In this document: in pieces, positions 1-7,272 of the stretch
Position numbering within the stretch: the first letter of the stretch is position 1
Layout of the letters: every line of letters starts with the position of its first letter
Assembly: GCF_000299365.1 (NCBI RefSeq)
Contig: NC_018655.1
Location: forward strand, 420,001-452,000
From: Candidatus Nitrosopumilus koreensis AR1
GTDB lineage: Archaea; Thermoproteota; Nitrososphaeria; Nitrososphaerales; Nitrosopumilaceae
Length of the DNA: 32,000 bases
Reading direction: 5' to 3'
Position numbers and translations under genes: made by a program
The notes under the pieces: model-generated
The model's input: the letters and a program-made list of their open reading frames with translations, nothing else
Database searches by the model: none
What the model was told of the DNA's origin: nothing

Positions 1-72
1 GGCTCAGGAACAGGCTCAGGAACAGGCTCAGGAACAGGCTCAGGAACAGGCTCAGGAACAGGCTCAGGAACA
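1..72 (+). repeat. 12-bp tandem repeat (GGCTCAGGAACA)x6, in-frame (Gly-Ser-Gly-Thr)n linker; probably continues left of the window
   Basis: Direct reading: six perfect 12-bp copies from base 1, in the same frame as the ORF ending at 459. Confidence 0.97.
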
Positions 73-459
73 GGCTATGATGATGACCTTTTGAGTATAT
101 TATCTGAAAAAAGTGGATTGGACAAAGAATCTTTATTGAATGTTTTAACATTTGAAAAAAATCAATTAATTTTACTTAGAGTAAAAGGTGATTCTATAGC
201 TGACCAATACTTCTATTGTTCATTAATGATTCTTGCATTTTGGAAAATTTGTAAAAATATGGACTATGTTTCAAATGTGAAACTTGGCTTTCCAATGTCT
301 AGATATGGAATCAATACAAGGAATTTGTCTACTACATTACAAAAAAAGAAGTATCATGAGTTCATTATTTCAAAAGGAAAAGGAAAATCAAAAGAGTATC
401 GTATTACGACTAAAGGAATCCAAAAAGCTTTTGAAACTCTTTCTGAACTTTCACAATAG
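1..459 (+). CDS. 5'-truncated protein: (GSGT)n linker followed by a C-terminal domain with winged-helix-like end (YDDDLLSILSEKSGLDKESLLNVLTFEKNQLILLRVKG...STTLQKKKYHEFIISKGKGKSKEYRITTKGIQKAFETL)
   Basis: The frame is open from base 1 through the repeat to the TAG at 457-459; the TTG at 91 is probably not the true start. Confidence 0.8.
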   Translation, partial: GSGTGSGTGSGTGSGTGSGTGSGTGYDDDLLSILSEKSGLDKESLLNVLTFEKNQLILLRVKGDSIADQYFYCSLMILAFWKICKNMDYVSNVKLGFPMSRYGINTRNLSTTLQKKKYHEFIISKGKGKSKEYRITTKGIQKAFETLSELSQ

Positions 460-461
460 AA

Positions 462-1225
462 ATGACTCTCGATTCAAAAATAATTGTATCACAATTAAAT
501 AAATTAGGCGTAAGTAAAAGTCTTCTCAACAATTGGTTGGATGAATACAAAAAAATTAAAAATGAATTTCTAAAACAACAATGGAATACTTGTATTTCAA
601 ACTGTGGTCTTTTCTCTGAGTATACTGTCGCAATATTGAAAGAACTATATGAACAATCTCCGATAAATCAAAATAATATTCATTTTGATAATTTTTATAA
701 AGATTGTATACAAAAATCTAAACCTAATCCTGAAGATGAAATATTGTTATTAGCTGTTCCACATGCGGCAAAAACAATTTACACAATTCGTAATAAAAAA
801 AAAGGTGCACACGTGAAAGCTATTGATCCTGATTATGTTGATAGTTTATTTGTAACTTCTCTTTCAGATTATATTCTTTCCCAATTTGTCTTGTTAAAAT
901 GTAAAGGTACTCAAAATGATGTTGCAAATTTAATTCAAAATATTATAGAAAAAAAATTCCTTTAGTTGAAGAATTTGAAGATGGAACAATAATCATTCAT
1001 AGAAAATTAAAAAATCCTGATCAAATTTTGATAACTCTCTATGTAAAAGGTAAACGTATGACTAAAAATGAATTAATTTCTACACTTCAAATGAGTTATG
1101 AGCAATTAGCCACTTCTGCCTTGAGAAGTTTAAAACAAAAAAATTTTGTACATGAAAGTGATTCAGGTTATGTAATAACACGTTCAGGAATAGATAAAGT
1201 TGAAAAAATTGTTCAAAACATATGA
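462..1225 (+). pseudogene. Candidate HEPN-like protein (Rx6H motif) with C-terminal winged-helix-like region, split into two frames (462..965 and the frame continuing to 1225)
   Basis: 462..965 encodes ...TIYTIRNKKKGAHVKAIDPDYVDSLF... Switching frame at the A8 tract 949-956 gives ...IIEKKIPLVEEFEDGTIIIHRKLKNPDQILITLYVKGKRMTKNELISTLQMSYEQLATSALRSLKQ..., with no stop until 1225. Starts 2 nt after the upstream stop. Confidence 0.6.
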
Positions 1226-1402
1226 TCTGCTTTAAACAACATCTTTCTATAATCCACGTTTTTGTATATCACTATACTGAACTTTAACCTGGGATCTTCT
1301 TTTTCAACCGTTATAAGCACTCAGACGGTCGGATTAGTTTTGATAATAGTCTGAATCTCTCATATAGATTACAATGTTAATTCAAATTTCTTCAAAAAAG
1401 AG

Positions 1403-1870
1403 TCATCGATATCCATCTTTTATCATCTAGATGGTATCATCGATGGTATTTTCATCATCTTTGATAGAATTAGCCTTGATTTTACCGATGGTATTTTCTT
1501 AATCAATGATAACAAAAGATACTATCTTCTTACATTTTTTTATCATCTTTTTTGCATCTATAGGTACGATGAAAAAAATTCACGCCTAACAATTTTTCCA
1601 TCCTTCTAAAAGATGGCAAAAGATAGAAAAATTATTTATAAAAAATTCAAAATAATTTATAAATTATTTTTTTGATTCAAAACATGAAATTTTGTTTATA
1701 TTCATCATTTCATAGGTGGTCTAATCTTGATTCATCTTTTGCTTATCTATGCCCAAAAGATACTATTTTCATCTCATCGATACCATCCCATCGATGAAAT
1801 CCGTCTTTTTTGTATCTTTTTTTATCGATACCATTGATGAAAAAGATGTCCATCGATAACGTATCGATGG
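1403..1870. repeat. Cluster of degenerate ATCGAT-cored repeats and inverted repeats (TCATCGAT/CGATGGTAT/CGATACCAT) beside the integrase gene
   Basis: ATCGAT at 1405, 1439, 1776, 1790, 1824, 1852 and 1863, plus CCGATGGTATTTTC near 1485. Inverted repeats: TCATCGAT(1774-1781)/ATCGATGA(1790-1797) and CCATCGATA(1850-1858)/TATCGATGG(1862-1870). Confidence 0.6.
1649..1670. repeat. 22-bp perfect AT palindrome AAAATAATTTATAAATTATTTT
   Basis: Read directly; identical to its reverse complement. Confidence 0.85.
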
Positions 1871-1887
1871 AATAATGCCTTGATTTT

Positions 1888-3228
1888 TTATAAATTAATT
1901 TTTGCGAGTTTCTTTGAAAATACTTTTCTAAAGAAATCTTCTCCAAGATCTTCAAAGTATTGTATGACCATTTTATCCAAGTCTGGCTTGATTGCTTCAT
2001 ACTCTTTTTGACTATTCTCTAGTTTCACCTGTTTTTCCTCTAGAATCTTGATCTTTTCTTCAAGTTGCTTTTTCTCAATTTGTTCTTGTTCTTCTTTCTC
2101 TATTGCAGTCTTCAAACTTAGAGGCTTTCCACATTTAGAACAAAGTTTGGCATCATAGGAGTTTGGCACATCACAAATTTTGCAGATTCTTGGCTTGTTG
2201 ACCAAATCCACTCCTTTGGAACTTGACATGCCATAGTGCTTGAACATGGCCTCTTCTACATCTGAATTCATCATGTGCTCGTATCTTCCAGGCATTTTTG
2301 AGCCTGATGACCATCCGTATCTCTTCTTTTGAAGTGATTCTGTGAGAAACATTCCAGTTCTAGTAGCTCCTGTATGACGAAATAGATTTGGCCAAACTCT
2401 TTTGTGGATTTGCGCAACATCGCAAATTCTCTGTAATCTTTTTCTCATTGCAGCATACGACCATGCCTCTCCATACTTTTTGTCATCCATTGCAATCCAT
2501 AATGGTGCTTCAGGATCAGAGTTGTTTGGATGTTTGTCAAAATATGATGCCAAGTCTGGCACACACTCTATCACTCTTACTGGTCTTGGACCTGTCTTTC
2601 CATCAACTACAATGATTGCACCTCTATCATCAAACTTTACGTGTTTTATTTGGCGACTCAAGATTTCCCCTGGTCTGCAAGCCAAGTCTGAAAACGTATG
2701 AACAAACGCTCTGTCTCTAAGATTCTCTCCACATGCTTTCAGTAACGAATTCTTTTCAGATTCTGTGATTAGCATATCTGCAGTCAGGTTCTCTCTTGGT
2801 TTTCTGACACGAATCCATGAAGTCTCTGTAGGATCTCCAACTTGTTTTTGGTCTCTTGAACCACGTTTTATCCATCTGTAGAAATTCTTTAGAATTTTTT
2901 TGTGGTCTGCAGTTGTGTTTGTCTCTTGTCCGCCTTTGCTGAATTTTTTGTTAAAATTGTAAACAAGCTCTTCCATGTCTTCTTTGCTTGCATCAATCCA
3001 ATCTTTGTTTAGCATTCTTGAGAGACTAAGTATTGTTCCAAGAACCTTTGAGCGTCTTGCATCTGATAGTGATTCGTTTACCAAGACCCGGTCAAATTTC
3101 TTGATTAATTCTACGTTGTTTTGACTCAGGTCTTTTTCCATCAATGCAAAGGTTCTGGTGATAATCTTGTCATAATTGTATAATCTGATCGAGCAATGCT
3201 TTGGGCTTGAAATGTGCTGTTTTGACAT
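1888..3228 (-). CDS. Tyrosine recombinase/phage-type integrase with C-terminal C4 zinc ribbon and coiled coil
   Basis: CRPGEIL (first catalytic Arg region), LFRHTGATR (HxxR), YGWSSGSKMPGRYEHM (candidate nucleophile Tyr), CKICDVPNSYDAKLCSKCG zinc ribbon, Glu/Lys-rich coiled-coil tail; adjacent to a tRNA. Confidence 0.93.
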   Translation of the reverse strand: MSKQHISSPKHCSIRLYNYDKIITRTFALMEKDLSQNNVELIKKFDRVLVNESLSDARRSKVLGTILSLSRMLNKDWIDASKEDMEELVYNFNKKFSKGGQETNTTADHKKILKNFYRWIKRGSRDQKQVGDPTETSWIRVRKPRENLTADMLITESEKNSLLKACGENLRDRAFVHTFSDLACRPGEILSRQIKHVKFDDRGAIIVVDGKTGPRPVRVIECVPDLASYFDKHPNNSDPEAPLWIAMDDKKYGEAWSYAAMRKRLQRICDVAQIHKRVWPNLFRHTGATRTGMFLTESLQKKRYGWSSGSKMPGRYEHMMNSDVEEAMFKHYGMSSSKGVDLVNKPRICKICDVPNSYDAKLCSKCGKPLSLKTAIEKEEQEQIEKKQLEEKIKILEEKQVKLENSQKEYEAIKPDLDKMVIQYFEDLGEDFFRKVFSKKLAKINL

Positions 3229-3272
3229 TCTAGTATATGATATACTGGCAGAGTATTAAACCAGAATGACAA

Positions 3273-3347
3273 TGCTCCCACCGGGATTTGAACCCGGGTC
3301 ACAGCCTTGAGAGGGCTGTATGCTTAACCGGACTACACTATAGGAGC
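3273..3347 (-). tRNA. tRNA-Glu(CTC)
   Basis: Reverse complement GCTCCTATAGTGTAGTCCGGTTAAGCATACAGCCCTCTCAAGGCTGTGACCCGGGTTCAAATCCCGGTGGGAGCA folds as a cloverleaf; anticodon loop CTCTCAA, T-arm CCGGGTTCAAATCCCGG. Confidence 0.93.
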
Positions 3348-3460
3348 TTAATCGGAAACAACTCTCATCTCAATTTAAAGGAAAGGTTTTGACTTTACAT
3401 GAATTTGTTAAACTTTGTAAGTTTGGCCATTTATAGAAAATCTCGTAATATCATTTTAAC

Positions 3461-4346
3461 ATGGATTTGAAAAAACTTGCTGAAAGACTAGAGTTATCTG
3501 ATTTTCCTGCAGGTTTAGGGGGGTGTAGAATTTCTGAGAACTTTTTTGATTCATGTGGATACGATGTTATAGTTTTTGATGAACAATCGATTCCTGATCA
3601 AATCGTGCAAATTGATGATGACTATATTGTACTTCATCATGGGACATTTTCTGAAACAAATTCAAAAAAACTCTTGCAATATGATGATCTGAAAATCATT
3701 CAAGATGACTCTTGGGAACTTCGTATGTTTTTATCAAAAATTAAAGAAAAACGATCCTCTTTGTTTGCTGACTTCGCTAAAAACTCCTTGATAGAATCGA
3801 TGTTTTGTTGCCAAAAGACCAAAGAAGCAATTGATAATTCCAATGAATTTTCTCCATGCTGGCAAAAATGTGCGTCATTTTATTTGGCTGATGCAATTGC
3901 ATCATTGAATAATCAACGACTAGGACCTACACACATGCTTAACTCTCTGAGAAGACTTAAAAAAAACTCCTGTTAATGAGCACATCTCTGTTGTAACTCA
4001 GACAGTTGGTATAGAAAGGGCCACGCTTGTTCTGCTGGAACGTATGGTAAAATCCACTATTGGATTTAATGATATGGTTAATCAAAACGACTCTTCCCAA
4101 ATTATTCAAAGAAAGTATGACTATTTTGTAAAAAATTCAATGATCTCTGATTGCTATTTTTACCTAGGTTACATCAACAAGGATAACTTCATAAAAATCA
4201 AAGATACGCTAACCCGGAACCCTGATCTAATCCATGTATTAAAAACTGCATTTGATATTGAGGCTGACTCTAATGTCTTGCTACAACAGGCTGATCTTAT
4301 TCAAAATTCTTGTAATGTCTTGCTTGCCGCAGGCTTGAAACAATAA
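3461..4346 (+). pseudogene. Conserved hypothetical protein split by an apparent frameshift (3461..3976 plus the frame ending at 4346)
   Basis: Switching frame within the A8 tract 3959-3966 gives ...LNSLRRLKKTPVNEHISVVTQTVGIERATLVLLERMVKSTIGFNDMVNQ..., open to 4346. Confidence 0.65.
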
Positions 4347-4397
4347 CTTCTATCCTTTTGTACTAACCTTTTAAAATAAGTAAGATTATGATTTGTC

Positions 4398-4541
4398 ATG
4401 ACAGATCAAGCATGTGGATGCGAAGCTGATAGCGGCGATCCTGATTATGCATGTGATTGTGCAATGCAAGGTCATTGCATCTGTAGTGCAGATTGCAAAT
4501 GTAACACTGACGTTTGTAAAGAAGCTACTAAAGACATGTAA
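4398..4541 (+). CDS. 47-aa Cys-rich, metallothionein-like microprotein MTDQACGCEADSGDPDYACDCAMQGHCICSADCKCNTDVCKEATKDM
   Basis: Complete ATG-TAA ORF with nine Cys in four CxC pairs plus one, followed by a hairpin and T-run. Below the ORF-track size cut-off. Confidence 0.75.
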   Translation: MTDQACGCEADSGDPDYACDCAMQGHCICSADCKCNTDVCKEATKDM

Positions 4542-4560
4542 TTGGATTTTTCCAATTTTT
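4541..4560 (+). terminator. Possible terminator: ATTGGA-TTTT-TCCAAT then T-run
   Basis: 6-bp inverted repeat immediately after the 4398..4541 stop, followed by T-rich sequence. Confidence 0.45.
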
Positions 4561-4576
4561 TCTTTTATTTTTAAAA

Positions 4577-4744
4577 TTATTCTTCGTCTTCCTCAAAACC
4601 CCACGATTTCACCAATTCTTTTTGGAACTTGTCGTTTTGTTTTGAATCTAGTGCAAATCCGCAATTTTTGTGGGTTGGGACAACAGTCATTCCATCTAAC
4701 TTGAATTCAACTTCATACAAGTGAACTTTTGGGCATTCACACAT
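4577..4744 (-). CDS. 55-aa hypothetical protein MCECPKVHLYEVEFKLDGMTVVPTHKNCGFALDSKQNDKFQKELVKSWGFEEDEE
   Basis: Manual translation of the reverse strand; complete ATG-TAA ORF, CxC near the N-terminus, convergent with the Cys-rich ORF. Confidence 0.6.
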   Translation of the reverse strand: MCECPKVHLYEVEFKLDGMTVVPTHKNCGFALDSKQNDKFQKELVKSWGFEEDEE

Positions 4745-4837
4745 GTCTAGTCACCCTCTAAATTTTCCTCTATATTTGCTTATTTGAACTAGGCTGAATA
4801 ACGTTTAACTATCCGTTTTGCCCATTTTTTTTCAGAT

Positions 4838-6307
4838 TTGAAAACAATATTTCTAATATTTCCAATAATTATGGGACTTCTTTTAGGTACTGCATTGTTG
4901 CCATCTGCATCTGCACAATTCAATTCTGCAGGTGGTGTTGACAAAGAAGGAACATGGTACGTTGGTGAAGGTCTCAAAAAAGGAGATTATTTTTCATATA
5001 AAATGTGTCATGTAGATTACAAGGAATGTGCCCAATTTGAATTGGATATGTGGATCAAAGGAGACAGACAAGTTGGCAGTGAAACAAAATGGCTAGCTGA
5101 AGTTGTTGTTTATGATGGCAACAAGGTAATTGTTGGTGAAATGGAATTGGGAAAAATTGCCCCTGAACCAACTGGTGGCAGTGAGTCATTAGGAGTCTAT
5201 CGTGGTGCATTCAAGTCTTCAATAGCATGGCTATCTGCGTTTGCCACTGCTGATGGAAGTGCCGGTGGCAAAGGTCCAAAAGCATTCAGTGCTGCCTCTT
5301 GGGGAAAAATTGGAAACATTGGTGGTGAACAAGTACTTCCACTTGCACTTGAAACAGTCACTGTTCCATCTGGAACTTGGGATACTGTTTTAATTGGATG
5401 GAAGACTGGTGGTTATTCTAGTAAAGTTTGGATTGTAGATGAATTTCCATTTCCTGTAAAGGCTCTTACTTTGACTCATGTTTCAGAAGGAATTCCTCCA
5501 ACTGAATATAAATTTGAATTATTGGACTATAAAGAAAACGTGACCAGCAGTCCTTTTGAAGGAATAGTTTCAACTGCTGATATTTTTCAAGCACAAGGAT
5601 GTGAAACTGATTTTGAAAGAACGTCTAGTGTGAAAAAACCCACAAAGAACTTCTCTTACCAAGTACGTGCATTTTACGGTCCTGAAGATCCTGTTCAAGG
5701 ATGTGAAATGCAATGGCTGATAGAATTCATCAGCAAATATGATGACACTGAATATCTCAATCAGGTTCAGTTTGATGTCTTAGTTGTAGATGATAATTTG
5801 ACTCCTTTGAGATCTCTTGCACAAGAAGAAGGTCGGCAGTACCTCTACTCCCCATCTGGTCAACATCTTATTGATATGATAGTTGAAGAAGAGCCTGGAA
5901 CTGTAAATTATGTTATTTGGATTTATGGTCTCGCACCTGAAGGAATTGCCCCCTCGACCGCTACTGATTATTTGAAAATCCCACTAACTGTGTATCCTGC
6001 TGATGGGAGTGTTATTCCGGACGTACAACCCACAACAGCAATTCCTGCATGGATAAAGAACAATGCTGGTTGGTGGGCAGATGGTGCAATTGACGATAAC
6101 TCGTTTGTTCAAGGAATCCAATTCTTAATTAAAGAAGGAATTATGAAGATTCCACCAACTGCACAAGGAACTGGCTCTTCTAATGAAATCCCTTCTTGGA
6201 TTAAACAAAACGCTGCATGGTGGGCAGATGGTGCAATTGACGATAACTCGTTTGTTCAAGGAATCCAATTCTTAATTAAAGAAGGAATTATGAAAATTTC
6301 TTCTTAA
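4838..6307 (+). CDS. Secreted protein with signal peptide and two C-terminal IP(A/S)WIKxNAxWWADGAIDDNSFVQGIQFLIKEGIMKI repeats
   Basis: Hydrophobic N-terminus ending ASAQ; TTG start; two ~36-aa repeats at the C-terminus. Confidence 0.85.
   Translation: MKTIFLIFPIIMGLLLGTALLPSASAQFNSAGGVDKEGTWYVGEGLKKGDYFSYKMCHVDYKECAQFELDMWIKGDRQVGSETKWLAEVVVYDGNKVIVGEMELGKIAPEPTGGSESLGVYRGAFKSSIAWLSAFATADGSAGGKGPKAFSAASWGKIGNIGGEQVLPLALETVTVPSGTWDTVLIGWKTGGYSSKVWIVDEFPFPVKALTLTHVSEGIPPTEYKFELLDYKENVTSSPFEGIVSTADIFQAQGCETDFERTSSVKKPTKNFSYQVRAFYGPEDPVQGCEMQWLIEFISKYDDTEYLNQVQFDVLVVDDNLTPLRSLAQEEGRQYLYSPSGQHLIDMIVEEEPGTVNYVIWIYGLAPEGIAPSTATDYLKIPLTVYPADGSVIPDVQPTTAIPAWIKNNAGWWADGAIDDNSFVQGIQFLIKEGIMKIPPTAQGTGSSNEIPSWIKQNAAWWADGAIDDNSFVQGIQFLIKEGIMKISS
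6071..6294 (+). repeat. Two 77-bp identical direct repeats (6071-6147 and 6218-6294) encoding the WWADGAIDDNSFVQGIQFLIKEGIM module
   Basis: Both copies read TGGTGGGCAGATGGTGCAATTGACGATAACTCGTTTGTTCAAGGAATCCAATTCTTAATTAAAGAAGGAATTATGAA. Confidence 0.92.
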
Positions 6308-6353
6308 TTGTCTACATTCAAATTGTGATCCTCTGAAAAATCTTTGAAGAATA

Positions 6354-6713
6354 ATGGTCGGTCTTTTCAAACACCCTAAACGTCAGATAAAGAAATTACT
6401 AAAAGATGGTGAATACGGGGAAGCGATTAAACTTGGAAAAAGTTTAGAATCTCAATATTCTAATGATCATGATTTTATGTTCATTATGGGCAGTGTCTAC
6501 TTTATAGTAGATGATGCAAAAAAAGCACTGCCTTATTTTGAAAAGGCATTCCAACTAGATCCAAATGACGTTGAGACACTTACTCTCAAAACCAATGTAC
6601 ATTTGGCTTTGGAGCAAAAAAACGAAGCAATAGATTGCTGCAAGCAAATTCTAAAAGTAGACGCAAAAAATTCTGAAGCCCAAGACTTGCTTGAGGAACT
6701 AGAAAGCCTGTAG
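6354..6713 (+). CDS. TPR-repeat protein
   Basis: NDHDFMFIMGSVYFIVDDAKKALPYFEKAFQLDPNDVETLTLKTNVHLALEQKNEAIDCCKQILKVD matches the TPR pattern. Confidence 0.8.
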   Translation: MVGLFKHPKRQIKKLLKDGEYGEAIKLGKSLESQYSNDHDFMFIMGSVYFIVDDAKKALPYFEKAFQLDPNDVETLTLKTNVHLALEQKNEAIDCCKQILKVDAKNSEAQDLLEELESL

Positions 6714-6714
6714 A

Positions 6715-7191
6715 TTATTTCTTTTTCATCTGATATGCGTTTTCCATCAGCCAATCACAAAACGCTGTGACCTTTTCATCAAATTCTGTCCATATGTGAA
6801 CTGAGTGCGGCAAAATATCTATCTTCCAATTTTCTCCAAAAACTCTGACCCCTTCTTTGTTCTCATACATGTATGCATCTTCGGTCTTAACATCTCCTAG
6901 AAACTCTAATGCTTTTTGCTTGATTTGTTGACGGTCTATTGGGAATCTCTTTCTCTCATAGTCTACAATCAAACTCAAATCTCTTTTCCCATACATCTCA
7001 AATTCTTCAATTCTTCCCTCTTTTGGAAAATTTACCACAAGTTTGATGTTGTATTTTTTGCCTACCTCTTTTCCAATATCTACAATTCTAGTATATCCCA
7101 TTGCCGGATTTTTTTTTAAGAGGAATCTTATCTGTGCCAAGTCTTTTTTCAATGCATCTTGAAGATCTGAAATCAATTCTGAAAATATCAT
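6715..7191 (-). CDS. Hypothetical protein (158 aa)
   Basis: Long ORF, convergent with the TPR gene. Confidence 0.65.
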   Translation of the reverse strand: MIFSELISDLQDALKKDLAQIRFLLKKNPAMGYTRIVDIGKEVGKKYNIKLVVNFPKEGRIEEFEMYGKRDLSLIVDYERKRFPIDRQQIKQKALEFLGDVKTEDAYMYENKEGVRVFGENWKIDILPHSVHIWTEFDEKVTAFCDWLMENAYQMKKK

Positions 7192-7272
7192 GGTTATTTT
7201 AAAAAGAAATTCCTATTATAACCATTAATTTTTCCCAGATTGGTTTTTTTATGACTTTGAATGGCTTAGATC

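Larger units (their letters stand above)
1..3273. mobile_element. Integrase-proximal end of an integrated genetic element, boundary at the tRNA-Glu 3' end; other end outside the window
   Basis: Integrase starts 45 bp from the tRNA 3' end, accessory genes of unknown function, palindrome cluster. Left att site not visible. Confidence 0.65.

Noticed and set aside
1-72. Short regular repeats as a possible CRISPR array
   Set aside because: The 12-bp units are contiguous with no spacers and are in frame with a protein; they are a coding minisatellite.
1743-2000. Minus-strand 85-aa ORF at 1743..2000
   Set aside because: It overlaps the integrase 3' end and the palindrome-rich non-coding region; its start lies in a well-supported gene, so it is probably spurious.
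2388-2701. Plus-strand ORFs overlapping the integrase
   Set aside because: They are antisense shadows of a well-supported integrase and encode low-complexity, unconvincing peptides.
1888-3228. SSV-type split integrase signature
   Set aside because: The integrase reading frame is intact and does not overlap the tRNA, so this is not the integrase-partitioning mode of integration.
3570-3800. Additional ATCGAT words outside the repeat cluster
   Set aside because: Isolated single copies inside the 3461 ORF lack the GGTAT/ACCAT context and inverted arrangement, so they are treated as background.
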